From Clostridia bacterium (GTDB lineage Bacteria > Bacillota > Clostridia > Oscillospirales > CAG-272), in assembly GCA_017532025.1 (NCBI GenBank), contig JAFXJX010000092.1:22642-86641 (forward strand): DNA of 64,000 nucleotides. Reading direction: 5' to 3'. A program made the position numbers and the translations under genes. Of the stretch, positions 47,301 to 55,047 are shown piece by piece; position 1 is the first letter of the stretch; each line of letters starts with the position of its first letter. The notes below the pieces were generated by a model. It was not told the DNA's origin. It made no database searches and saw only the letters and a program-made list of their open reading frames with translations.

Positions 47301-48117
47301 TACCCGTTACGCTTGCCGGAATCGTAATCGAAGTCAGGCTGATACAACCCTGAAACGCTCTGTAGCCAATACGCTCCAAGCCTTCGGGAAAGGTTATTTC
47401 CGTAAGCTGTGTGCAAGAGCCAAATGCATCGCTGTTTATTGTTTTCAATTGACTGTTTGGAGAAACAGTTACGCTGACAAGACTTTCACAATTCAAAAAA
47501 GTGCTGTCACTGATTTCGGTCAACGCATCCGGAATCACAAACGATTCAAGGCTTGTGCAACCTTGAAAGGCAGACGAATATATCTCCGCAAGCTCGCTGT
47601 TTTCGGAAATATCCACTGAAACCAAACTTTCACAGCCCTCAAACGCATTTCCTTGAATCAATGTCACACTCGCAGGGATTGAAATTTCTCTTAGCGATAC
47701 ACACTGAGAAAAAGCATTCCAACCGATTGTTGTCAATCCGTCGGGCAAAACGACAGACGCAAGATTCGAAAATTCGTAAAAAGCGGAACTTCCAATTTGC
47801 AATATACCGTCTGAAAGAACAAGGGAAACCACCTGTTCTTTGAGGTTGGGATCCAAATTCTCAAATTGAAATTCATCAATTTTGTCGGTATTGCTGATGG
47901 TCAGCTTACCTTCGCTATCAAGCACGGCATCAAAATCATAATCGTCAAACGTAAGCATACCGTTTTCTTCCGTCCCCTGATCGGGCGTGGTGGGAATCCA
48001 TATAACACCCCCGCCACCCTCAACAAAATCAAGTGCCATAATTGGCATTTGAAGCATTCCAAACAAAATGGAAAGCGCTAAAAACAGACTCATAAATCTT
48101 CGAGTAAAACCACGCAT
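41383..48117 (-). CDS. Giant (2244 aa) cell-surface protein: signal peptide, ~600 aa of BspA-type leucine-rich repeats, beta-sandwich/Ig-like and carboxypeptidase-regulatory-like domains, an internal hydrophobic helical module, Big_2-like and chitobiase/FN3-associated-like domains, C-terminal TM anchor
   Basis: ATG follows a GGAGG RBS. The signal peptide is FMSLFLALSILFGMLQMPIMA. LRR units of the IPxxVTxIGxxAFxxCxxLxSV type are repeated about 25 times. Near the C-terminus are the motif GATIYYTLD and the anchor YVIVLIIVGSILCLAVIAFLVCYYVIKKARSRKE. Confidence 0.9.
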   Translation of the reverse strand: MRGFTRRFMSLFLALSILFGMLQMPIMALDFVEGGGGVIWIPTTPDQGTEENGMLTFDDYDFDAVLDSEGKLTISNTDKIDEFQFENLDPNLKEQVVSLVLSDGILQIGSSAFYEFSNLASVVLPDGLTTIGWNAFSQCVSLREISIPASVTLIQGNAFEGCESLVSVDISENSELAEIYSSAFQGCTSLESFVIPDALTEISDSTFLNCESLVSVTVSPNSQLKTINSDAFGSCTQLTEITFPEGLERIGYRAFQGCISLTSITIPASVTGIAVSAFNRCTGLNSISVAKENKDYHSAGNTLINWYGELLQGCNNSVIPDDGSVISIADGAFEEMAGLVSVAIPQGVTEIGDNVFTNCVNLTSVTIADGVTYIGESMFDGCESLETITIPNSVTYIGERMFNWCTSLKSVTLSEGLTTIPGSCFYGCTSLESVVIPDGIGFIGTYAFVYCEKLRSVVLPKQLEQIGYDAFRDCTALESITIPANVTRINENVFEFCENLGSISVEEGNEVYHSAANTIIETATKTLILGCKNSVIPTDGSVTSIGNGAFKGCKDLVSVTIPSGVTEIGAWAFYGCTGVTSITIPNSVTSIGFEAFGSCESLSSITVEEGNEVYHSAGNTLIETASKTLLLGCKNSVIPDDESVTSIAERAFCSVGMSIRIPLHITSIADSAFNTSDPELVLFVHLGSCGEDYARAHGVSFEYVTHEDGSKISFSAKVFGDDGQVSEADYDVLWYDGTVLLGKGNTIVLTKRPDDLRFRVVLGEDLAFVYQAHAGDAVPSEVTDVSLTLSRLETVTVSGRVTDLLGNEINGASMTVIQYAESFSKDYSISVDENGYFAFDALCLSTKLRIRADTYYNRLVSISGEELSKNISLGDVQMTPLPTCRIMLSGVVIGTSLDDEQFLQSELLNFDGLSFRLFNQTTQNEIVDFTAQYPYLIPAADTVSPYDTLEIQMVDTYGVKTAETVVVQLDENCLAEANLVLLENGRLSIYRNLGNAKNCVMVFDSKGNRVLYENIGETYASMPLAAGEYDVVLMGRSSLLDNMDHLSKLNACGMAKDVDYVLRRVSVQNGKVTEITDLTVPVFEEERFWYIEKENTLFTANHTSCVVGTTLLLRCEYKLKPSYKASGETVILELPEGFTVLSQGVYWNKTAVNYTLDEQVLTIYTNESEGILYVYVVPLTASSECVVNASLAFSMGGDNITQSVGTISLKIANATILIPEKTGTDSVIINGKAPAKSKVTVFSNGVVVATVTANASGNYRATIRLNEPKNNSYYAIYANIQSEYNDIEYETAMSWLHYREDFCYVETIEVINGDKTITLNIRENEYPSQYTWTGNCSYSFRVAFSNGSAKRLSDVYVVTAGTNGKETYIPMTNKPGTDIWVGSITYKDSTDLPCGYNVVFTESENDTAYINEQNFYDGVLQTGEELEKFGVGFSEDIGVVSEETDSSITYVLVDKQNDNAPIMRMAQNTLTYTQKSEDVLLKDGYTKMIDGENTVVYVKKSNTPFSETYEIVIPSAKQHVSCSVVIDETWYANNVPSVASYDLSPQGGMQYAQGMLSIAAVLMDFASLGLAGNFVLCLDVARLNNLIKNNDIIFTSWAELLPLALERKCPDGSYALSTAQYQAFYAEYTALVLDYYAAREGLYLEVEAYQMYSALLNGALGLLPHASSVVSSYVCLHSVAAAGSFGMLGAGMLRSQTLDYTIKKTHESYMEKLDNLRDRIYAAAKCPEDPEDDPDDGKPENKPRNQAVPGDGVDVPLLIDPSGYVCEAVPSNRLEGVKVEAYYYDSEKGDVFWNAEEWDQVNPLYTDKEGRYAWDVPMGQWLVKFSKDGYYDADSRNDPDADENGYLPVPPPQTEVNIALVSKMAPTVKQVNAYTESVRIAFSQYMRIDSINTHTVTVTADGKTVEGKIVPINAETSFDDPNVEYASVFTFIPETKLGDSVKVSIQGVINYAGTAMANGYEEELKVYLLPKDLVVPQSATVVYGDSAHFIVELLPKEAGANKTVCVTSLTPDIISVSTASVITDKNGRALITLQGELPGTGKIRLTVEGTDLTADVTVISQTAARANTCQKVTSNLESGSKVPAGTQITLSTETEGATIYYTLDLSCPCDENNPARIRYDGPITITEDVTIIAYAIKEGMTPSATVGFTYTIAELTCQDDPNIPHTYAEGVVIKPATTDEEGIMSYRCTVCGHTKTESIPKLSAEDGLPTYVIVLIIVGSILCLAVIAFLVCYYVIKKARSRKE
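46201..46632. repeat. Intragenic ~306-nt direct duplication within the LRR region
   Basis: CGGAATCACACTGTTTTTACA...GGTAAAC.TCGTTTCCTTCTTCAACCG occurs at 46201 and again at 46507, offset by 306 nt (102 aa). The copies encode SI(T/S)VEEGNEVYHSA(G/A)NT(L/I)IETA(S/T)KTL(L/I)LGCKNSVIP. A third, diverged copy lies upstream in the protein. Confidence 0.85.
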
Positions 48118-48174
48118 AAATGCCTCCTGTTTATTTTTCAGACAACTGTCATACTTCTTTAAGAATACACCCTT

Positions 48175-48203
48175 ATCATATCACATCATCATTAAACTTT
48201 CAA
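48175..48203 (-). promoter_or_regulatory. Sigma-A type promoter with extended -10 (TTGAAA-17 nt-TGATATGAT) for the giant surface protein gene
   Basis: The minus strand has TTGAAA at 48198-48203, a 17-nt spacer ending in TGA, and TATGAT at 48175-48180. It lies about 55 nt upstream of the ATG. Confidence 0.55.
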
Positions 48204-48285
48204 GGCAAAACCACAAAAAAAGCATTCCGATTAGATTTTTTTCAAAAAAATCAAAGAACACCGAATTTTTTCAAAAATCCCTTTC

Positions 48286-48323
48286 AAAAGCGAAAACCGC
48301 CCTTACAAGCGCAAGAGCGGTTT
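48286..48323 (-). terminator. Weak terminator-like hairpin after the dehydratase-like gene
   Basis: AAACCGC-16 nt-GCGGTTT is followed on the minus strand by TCGCTTTT. It begins 5 nt below the stop at 48328. Confidence 0.4.
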
Positions 48324-48327
48324 GTTT

Positions 48328-49602
48328 TTATACGGTTTCTTTTTCCTTCTCGGCAAGGTTTTCTCTTGCCACAGACAGCATCAGCTTGATGCGGTTTTCC
48401 TGATTCACGCGCGTAGCGCCGGGGTCGTAGTCAACTGCCACGATGTTGGCATTCGGATAGACCTCGCGGAGCTTTCGCACCATGCCCTTGCCCACAATGT
48501 GATTGGGCAGACAGCCAAACGGCTGTACGCACACAATGTTTTCGTAGCCCGACTCACAAAGCTCCATCATTTCCGCCGTCAAAAGCCAGCCCTCGCCCAT
48601 TTTGCAACCAAGACCGATCATATCGTCTCCAAGCGCTCTCACATGAGAATGCGGTGCGGGGCAGAACAGATCGCTTCCCTTTGTCACAGCCTTGCGAATC
48701 ACCTTTTCATAACGGGCAAGATACCGGCGAAGAAGCTTGTTGATATAGAGAAAGCTTTTCTTGCCGCCGTACAGCTTGACATCCTGAATGTTGTTGTCAA
48801 ATATGTACTGCAAAAAGCCAAGCAGTCCCGGCACGTTCACTTCACAGCCTTGGCTGTGTAAAAAGGCTTCAAGGTCATTGTTGGCAAGGGGCGAGTATTT
48901 CACATAGATCTCACCCACAATGCCCACCTTGGGCTTTTGTGTTCTGTGAAGCGGGATAGCGGCAAAATCCTTCACCATCGCCTTGACTGTCTTTTTGATC
49001 TTGTGCATCGAAACGAGTTTGCCGCGTCTGAGTGCATCGGATGTCAAGGTCACATAGCGCTCAAGAAGCGCATCGGTCGCGCCGGGGATTGTTTCATAAG
49101 CCCTTGTCTGATTGGCAAGAAGCATGAGCGCATCGCCATAGATCACACCGGCAAGCGCGCGGCGGATCACGGTTAAGTTGATCACAAAGCCCTCGTTTTT
49201 TTCAAGCCCCGCAGGATTCAAAGAAATCACAGGCACTTGGGCAAAGCCCGCCTTGGCAAGCGCTTTGCGCAAAAGGTGAATGTAATTGGAAGCACGGCAG
49301 CCGCCGCCGGTTTGGGTAATCAAAACCGCTGTGCGGTTGAGGTCATACTTTCCGCTTTTTAAGGCATGGATAAACTGCCCGATGACAAGGAGTGCAGGAT
49401 AGCAAGTATCGTTATGCACGTATTTTAAGCCCTCTTCCACGATCTCGCGGTCGCAGGTGGTGAGAAGCTCCATGTCGTAGCCCATCCCGCGGAAAGCTTC
49501 CGAAATGATGGCAAAATGCACCGAAAGCATATTGGGAAGAAGGATCTTGTAAGTTTCCTTCATCTCTTTTGTAAATTCAATCCGTTTGATTTCTTCACTC
49601 AT
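48328..49602 (-). CDS. 2-hydroxyacyl-CoA dehydratase-family / acyl-CoA dehydratase activase-related protein (YjiM-like)
   Basis: The 424-aa protein reads VHNDTCYPALLVIGQFIHALKSGKYD...LITQTGGGCRASNYIHLLRKAL, as in HgdB/DUF2229-type subunits. It starts 3 nt after the activase stop. Confidence 0.65.
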   Translation of the reverse strand: MSEEIKRIEFTKEMKETYKILLPNMLSVHFAIISEAFRGMGYDMELLTTCDREIVEEGLKYVHNDTCYPALLVIGQFIHALKSGKYDLNRTAVLITQTGGGCRASNYIHLLRKALAKAGFAQVPVISLNPAGLEKNEGFVINLTVIRRALAGVIYGDALMLLANQTRAYETIPGATDALLERYVTLTSDALRRGKLVSMHKIKKTVKAMVKDFAAIPLHRTQKPKVGIVGEIYVKYSPLANNDLEAFLHSQGCEVNVPGLLGFLQYIFDNNIQDVKLYGGKKSFLYINKLLRRYLARYEKVIRKAVTKGSDLFCPAPHSHVRALGDDMIGLGCKMGEGWLLTAEMMELCESGYENIVCVQPFGCLPNHIVGKGMVRKLREVYPNANIVAVDYDPGATRVNQENRIKLMLSVARENLAEKEKETV

Positions 49603-49605
49603 GAT

Positions 49606-52524
49606 TTAACCCTCCAGCGCCGCAAACAAACTGCGCAAACGAATCTTCACAGCACCGAGATTGGTGATCTCGTCGATTTTGATCTGCGTGTAAATCTTCC
49701 CTGCACTCTCCAAAATACGGCGAACTTCATCGGTGGTGATGGCATCCACGCCACAGCCAAAGGACACAAGCTGAACAAAGTTGATGTTAAGTTCCGGATG
49801 CTCGGCAACAAAGTGCGCCGCACCGTACAGGCGCGCGTGGTAAGTCCATTGATTGAGCACGGCAAGGCGGCGCTTGGTGTAATAATTGCCGAGCGAATCC
49901 TCCGACAGCACCACAATGCCGCTGTCTTTGATGAAATCGTCAATGCCGTGATTGATCTCTTTATCAAGATGGTAGGGGCGTCCTGTCAGCACGATGATGG
50001 GAAGCTGTTTTTCTTTGGCAAGTGCCAAAAATTCTTCGCCCTTTTCGCGAATCTGTGCCATGTATTTTTCATATTCGGCATACGCCGCATTCACGGCAGT
50101 TCTGGTCTCGGCAAGCGAAATGCCACCAAATTCACGCTCCAGCATCGCATGAAAATGCTTCACAAAATCCTTCGGGCGGTGAATACCGAAATCGTCGTAT
50201 ATCATGCGAACATCCGCAGGAAAAGCAGTATTCGCCGCAATCACTCTGGGGTAATACGCCACCACAGGACAGTTAAAATGGTTATCGCCAAGACCTTCGT
50301 TCATGTTATAGCTGAGACAGGGATAGAAGATGGTTTTCACGCCCTCGTCCACAAGCGCTTGAATATGCCCGTGCGCCAGCTTGGCAGGATAACATACCGT
50401 ATCGGACGGAATGGCATTCTGTCCTGCAAGGTACAACTTTTTGGTGGAGGGCGGTGACAGCTTTACCCCGAAACCGAGGTTTTTGAAAAGCGTATGCCAG
50501 AACGGAAGCAGTTCAAAAAAGTTAAGCACCATCGGAAGACCGATCGTTTCGCGCTCACCTTCAAACGAAGAGTAACCCGAAAGAAGCTCTCTTTTATAAT
50601 CCCAAAGGCTGTAGGTTTCTTTCACGATCTTTTTTTCATTCGGCTTTTCACAGCGGTTACCGCCAATAAAGCGTCTGCCACCGTCAAAGAGATTCACCGT
50701 CAACTTGCAGCGGTTGGTACAGCCTTTACAGGTCACGGCTTGTACAGTATGGGTAAAGCGGCGCACTCCCTCTTTGTCAAGAATCCCGCTTTGTGACAGA
50801 TTCTTGATCTTCGCCTGCTCTTTGGCGTACAGCGCTGCGCCGAACGCACCCATTTTACCTGCCACGGCAGGACGGATCACTTCTTTGCCAAGCTCGTTTT
50901 CAAACGCGCGAAGCACGGCGTCGTTAAGGAACGTACCGCCCTGCACCACAATATGCTCGCCGAGCGATTCACCGGCCGATACGCGAATGACCTTATACAG
51001 CGCATTCTTCACCACGCTGATGCAAAGACCTGCTGAGATGTTCTCCACACTCGCGCCGTCCTTTTGCGCCTGCTTGACCGAGGAATTCATAAATACCGTA
51101 CAGCGCGAACCGAGATCGACAGGCTTGTCGGCAAACAAGGCAAGGCGCGAAAAATCTTCTGCCGAATGCCCAAGCGCCCCCGCAAAGGTCTGCAAAAACG
51201 AGCCGCAGCCCGAAGAGCAAGCTTCGTTCAAGAAAATATTATCGATCACACCGTGACGAATCTGAAAACATTTGATATCCTGACCGCCGATGTCGATGAT
51301 AAAATCCACCTTCGGCTCATATTTTTTGGCAGCGGTAAAATGCGCCATGGTTTCCACCACGCCAAAATCGAGGTGAAAGGCGTTTTTGATCATTTCTTCG
51401 CCGTATCCGGTCGATGCCGCACCCATAATGCGAATATCGGGATAGGTGGTATATACCGTTTCGAGGAATTCTTTCACGATCGGCACGGGGTTGCCGCTGT
51501 TGGTCTGATACGAAGACAGAACGATCTCCTCGTTTTCATTGATCAGAACCGCTTTGATGGTGGTTGAGCCGGAGTCAATGCCTATGTAAGCGCGGCGGTC
51601 TTTGCCGAGCGCGGCAAGCGGAAGGTTGTCCTCTTTGTGGTGGCGCGCATAAAACGCATCGTATTCGTCTTTGCTGGCAAAGAGCGGCGCGCAACCAAGG
51701 TATTCGCCTTTCTTTTCGTAATGTGCAGTCTTTTCAATCAGATCAGCAAGTGAAAAAACCTTGGTGTCTTCCGAATACGCCGCACCCAACGCCACAAAGT
51801 AAAGCGAGTTTTCGGGAAACACGCCCGAAAGACCCAGCGTTTTGTCAAAAGCTTCGCGGAGTGAAGACAAAAAGGTGAGCGGTCCTCCGAGATACACCAC
51901 GTTGCCCTCAATCTTGCGCCCTTGCGCAAGCCCCGAAACCGTCTGGTTCACCACCGCATAAAAAATGCTGGCGGCAATATCTTCTTTCAACGCGCCCTGA
52001 TTGATCAAGGGCTGAATGTCCGTTTTGGCAAACACGCCGCAACGCGAAGCAATGCTGTAAATTTTCGTGTGGCTTTCGGCAAGGGTGTTCATATCGTCAG
52101 GCGTCACGCCGAGAAGAGTTGCCATCTGATCGATAAACGAGCCTGTACCACCCGCGCAGGTGCCGTTCATACGCACCTCGGGAAGCCCCGAAACAAACAG
52201 AATCTTGGCATCCTCGCCGCCAAGTTCAATGATGCAATCGGCATCCGGCACGCGCTGTTTTACCGCAATTTTGGTAGCAAACACCTCTTGCACAAAGGGA
52301 ATGTCAAATTCTTCGGCAAATCCCATACCCGCCGAGCCGGAAATCGCAAAGCTTGCCTTAGCCGCTTCAGGGCAACATGAGAGAATCTCACGAAGCATTT
52401 CACCGATTTTTTCGGTGATCTGCGAAAAATGCCGTCTGTACTGCTTGAAAAGAAGCTTGCCGTTTTCATCCAAAACCACAGCCTTTAGCGTGGTAGAACC
52501 CACGTCCATTCCGATTTTTAACAT
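49606..52524 (-). CDS. CoA-substrate-specific enzyme activase-like protein: tandem BcrAD/BadFG-type ATPase domains + C-terminal dehydratase-related domain
   Basis: Two acetate/sugar-kinase-fold ATPase starts are present (MLKIGMDVGSTTLKAVVLD and YIGIDSGSTTIKAVLIN). Each is followed by ELGGEDAK/DIGGQDIK and CAGGTGSF/CSSGCGSF motifs. A Cys-containing ~330-aa C-terminal domain follows. The ATG is at 52524. Confidence 0.75.
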   Translation of the reverse strand: MLKIGMDVGSTTLKAVVLDENGKLLFKQYRRHFSQITEKIGEMLREILSCCPEAAKASFAISGSAGMGFAEEFDIPFVQEVFATKIAVKQRVPDADCIIELGGEDAKILFVSGLPEVRMNGTCAGGTGSFIDQMATLLGVTPDDMNTLAESHTKIYSIASRCGVFAKTDIQPLINQGALKEDIAASIFYAVVNQTVSGLAQGRKIEGNVVYLGGPLTFLSSLREAFDKTLGLSGVFPENSLYFVALGAAYSEDTKVFSLADLIEKTAHYEKKGEYLGCAPLFASKDEYDAFYARHHKEDNLPLAALGKDRRAYIGIDSGSTTIKAVLINENEEIVLSSYQTNSGNPVPIVKEFLETVYTTYPDIRIMGAASTGYGEEMIKNAFHLDFGVVETMAHFTAAKKYEPKVDFIIDIGGQDIKCFQIRHGVIDNIFLNEACSSGCGSFLQTFAGALGHSAEDFSRLALFADKPVDLGSRCTVFMNSSVKQAQKDGASVENISAGLCISVVKNALYKVIRVSAGESLGEHIVVQGGTFLNDAVLRAFENELGKEVIRPAVAGKMGAFGAALYAKEQAKIKNLSQSGILDKEGVRRFTHTVQAVTCKGCTNRCKLTVNLFDGGRRFIGGNRCEKPNEKKIVKETYSLWDYKRELLSGYSSFEGERETIGLPMVLNFFELLPFWHTLFKNLGFGVKLSPPSTKKLYLAGQNAIPSDTVCYPAKLAHGHIQALVDEGVKTIFYPCLSYNMNEGLGDNHFNCPVVAYYPRVIAANTAFPADVRMIYDDFGIHRPKDFVKHFHAMLEREFGGISLAETRTAVNAAYAEYEKYMAQIREKGEEFLALAKEKQLPIIVLTGRPYHLDKEINHGIDDFIKDSGIVVLSEDSLGNYYTKRRLAVLNQWTYHARLYGAAHFVAEHPELNINFVQLVSFGCGVDAITTDEVRRILESAGKIYTQIKIDEITNLGAVKIRLRSLFAALEG

Positions 52525-52591
52525 AAATCCTTGCGCTTTCCCACGAAAGCATCCTTTCTTGCCACGGTCAAAACCGTAGCAAAATATCCGT

Positions 52592-52633
52592 AAAAACACC
52601 CCGTTTTCTACTGTCGGACACAAGAAAACGGGG
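52592..52633 (-). terminator. Intrinsic terminator after the membrane protein gene
   Basis: The minus strand reads CCCCGTTTTC-15 nt-GAAAACGGGG followed by TGTTTTT. Confidence 0.8.
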
Positions 52634-52746
52634 CATCCCAATCATATCCTGTTTACAATTGTAACACTTTTGAAAAGTTTTGTAAATATCAAAACCTATG
52701 AAGTTTTCTGAAAATTAGCTGAATTTATTGCAAAAACCATCCAAAA

Positions 52747-53343
52747 TCAAAACAAAACAAGACAAAAGAGAAAAGAAAGAAGCGCCGCTGAGCTACCCGC
52801 CACAAGTTCTTTCAAGGTGTGTCGCTTGAGTGCCAAAGAAGAAAGATACACCATCAAAAGACCAAACAGCGAAGGCAGAATCCAAAGCGGATTCACAAAA
52901 TAAGCGGGCAAAAGCAGAGGTCCGGTCACACCGCAGCCGTGTCCGCTTGCGCGGAAAATCGTCAGCTTGTTGATCAGCGTGAGAATCACAACCGATACAA
53001 AATAGGTAAAGAGAATGATGGTTAAGCCGCGGCTGATATCTGCCACAAGCGCATATACCACACCGCCGAGATAGCCGATGATGCTGAAAACAAAGGCAAG
53101 CTTTCTCTGTGAGGCTCTTCCCTTTCTTCTGAGCGAGGGAATCAAAGCCCAAACAAGATAAGAAAGCGCAGGAATCACCGAAAGAAAGGTGATCGAAAGA
53201 ATCAACGAAGACAAAGAGGTAAACACGCCCGAAGGGTAAAAATAAAGAGCCACAAGAAGCGCGCCGATGAGAAGCGGCGGCACGGTGATCACGCGGATCG
53301 CCTTAGCAAGAACTTTGACAAAAGTTTTGTTTTCATTACGCAT
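52747..53343 (-). CDS. Integral membrane protein (5-6 TM; weak PAP2-like SGH motif)
   Basis: The protein is hydrophobic throughout. FRASGHGCGVTGP and KRHTLKE loosely recall PAP2 motifs. Its ATG overlaps the degV stop (ATGCGTAA). An alternative ATG lies at 53352. Confidence 0.55.
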   Translation of the reverse strand: MRNENKTFVKVLAKAIRVITVPPLLIGALLVALYFYPSGVFTSLSSLILSITFLSVIPALSYLVWALIPSLRRKGRASQRKLAFVFSIIGYLGGVVYALVADISRGLTIILFTYFVSVVILTLINKLTIFRASGHGCGVTGPLLLPAYFVNPLWILPSLFGLLMVYLSSLALKRHTLKELVAGSSAALLSFLFCLVLF

Positions 53344-54223
53344 TGCGTTCATCCCCCCAGAAGAAAAGTGCCACTGTGCCGGGTCCTGTGTGACAGCCGA
53401 TGGTCGGACCAATGTTGTTGATCACAACTTTACCGTTCATGTGCGGAAAAGCCGCTTCCACAAGATCGGCAACTGCTCTTGCATCCTCATAGCAATCCGA
53501 ATGCGAAAGGAAGCATTTGCCACTGTAGTTTTCGCGGTCATGCGCAAACTGCTTCATTTTGTTCACAATCTCCTGGCGCACACGCGCTTTGCCGCGAATT
53601 TTAAAGCGCGGCACAAGATGGCCGTCCTTATCCATGTCAAGAAGCGGACAGATTTTAAGCACCGTACCAAACCAACCCGAAAGAGGCGACACTCTGCCAC
53701 CTTTGATAAAGAAGGTAAGGTCGGTGGAGAAAAACCAATGGTGCATTTCTTTTTTGTGTGCTTCCAGCCATGCGTAAAGCTCATCAATCGTCATGCCGCC
53801 ATCGCGAAGCTCGGCAGCTTTGTCGGCAATCAAGCCAAAGCCCGAGGAAGCACCAAGTGTATCCACCACGTAAATTTTACGGTCGGGGTATTTTCCCGAA
53901 AGCATATTGGCAGCCACGTTTGCCGAATTGAACACGCCCGAAAGACCCGACGAAAGCGAGAGGTGAATGAGGTCCTTGCCGGACTCCAAAATCGGTGTAA
54001 AGCGTGCCAAAAATTCATCCACGTTCACCTGCGCAGTCTTGGGCTCTGCCCCATCGGTCAGCGCTTTGTAAAAATCGGAAGGAGAAAGCGACGTGAACAA
54101 GTCGTCATCATACGCGGTTTGATCAAGATAGTAATGAAACGGAATGTACTCAATATTTTTTTCTTTCAGATGCTCCTTCGAAAGATCGACAGTAGAGCAA
54201 CAGGTAATCACATAGCTTGCCAT
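53336..54223 (-). CDS. DegV family fatty-acid-binding protein
   Basis: The 295-aa protein reads SYVITCCSTVDLSKEHL...TAQVNVDEF...HLSLSSGLSGVFNSA...IGCHTGPGTVALFF, a typical DegV pattern. Confidence 0.9.
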   Translation of the reverse strand: MASYVITCCSTVDLSKEHLKEKNIEYIPFHYYLDQTAYDDDLFTSLSPSDFYKALTDGAEPKTAQVNVDEFLARFTPILESGKDLIHLSLSSGLSGVFNSANVAANMLSGKYPDRKIYVVDTLGASSGFGLIADKAAELRDGGMTIDELYAWLEAHKKEMHHWFFSTDLTFFIKGGRVSPLSGWFGTVLKICPLLDMDKDGHLVPRFKIRGKARVRQEIVNKMKQFAHDRENYSGKCFLSHSDCYEDARAVADLVEAAFPHMNGKVVINNIGPTIGCHTGPGTVALFFWGDERNA

Positions 54224-54399
54224 AACAGGTTCCTTTCTTTGCGGTTTTGTACCAACAGTATGCGACGTTTGTTTGCCGCAACTCTATTGTATAGTTTTGC
54301 CATAAAAAAATCCACCTATTTATGGTGAGAGGCGCTCCACAATGCAAAAACAAAAAATGAGAGCCGGTTTTTGCCGACTCTCAGATTTGTAGAGTTCAC

Positions 54400-54426
54400 A
54401 AAAAGCCGCATGAACAGCGGCTTTTT
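54400..54426. terminator. Bidirectional intrinsic terminator below the XRE regulator gene
   Basis: AAAAGCCGC-7 nt-GCGGCTTTTT lies 7 nt below the stop at 54433. Confidence 0.8.
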
Positions 54427-54432
54427 GATATT

Positions 54433-55047
54433 CTATTGTTTTTTGCGAATCCCGAAAGCAATCAAAATAATCAACTGCGCCGGAATACCCAAAAGATAGA
54501 TCATCCAAAAATTCCCAAGTGAAAGCAGCGAAATATGCACCACCAAAAGGATGCTCCAAACCAAAACGGAGACCAAAATCAAAATATGCCGTCTGCTTCC
54601 CCAAATGGAATTCAACACCAAAAGCACAATAGCAGAAACCGGAATTGCGTAAACAAAAATCTGCCAGAACGCCACCCCTGCCGTTGCGGTGATCACAAAC
54701 ACCAAAAGTGAGATTGCCCAAATCGAAAGAATCGTAATCCATGCAATCCGCCTGTGGTTGGGTGAAAAGCGCCTCGGTTGCACTTCTTCAGGCTCAGGCA
54801 AAACCTCAGCTTCGCTTTCTTCCAAGAATTCTTCTGAATGTTCCTTCAAAAGATAATCCACCGTCACGCCAAAGATGTCAGCCATCATCAGAAGCACGTA
54901 CGCATCGGGAATTGCTTCCCCTCTTTCCCAACGGGAAACGGCTTTATCGGAATAGTTCAGCTTTTCACCAAGCTCAAACTGTGTGAGATGCGCGCGGCTT
55001 CGCAGCGTGGCAATGTTGTGCGCCACAGTTTTTTTCAGTTCATCCAT
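54433..55047 (-). CDS. XRE-family HTH transcriptional regulator fused to a 4-TM membrane domain
   Basis: The N-terminus (IATLRSRAHLTQFELGEKLNYSDKAVSRWERGEAIPD) is an HTH_3 motif. The C-terminal 100 aa are hydrophobic helices. Confidence 0.85.
   Translation of the reverse strand: MDELKKTVAHNIATLRSRAHLTQFELGEKLNYSDKAVSRWERGEAIPDAYVLLMMADIFGVTVDYLLKEHSEEFLEESEAEVLPEPEEVQPRRFSPNHRRIAWITILSIWAISLLVFVITATAGVAFWQIFVYAIPVSAIVLLVLNSIWGSRRHILILVSVLVWSILLVVHISLLSLGNFWMIYLLGIPAQLIILIAFGIRKKQ

Noticed and set aside
45900-47900. Regularly spaced repeats examined as a possible CRISPR-like array
   Set aside because: The repeats are long, imperfect and in frame, and they encode LRR modules of the giant protein. 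There is no short-repeat/unique-spacer organisation and there are no cas genes.
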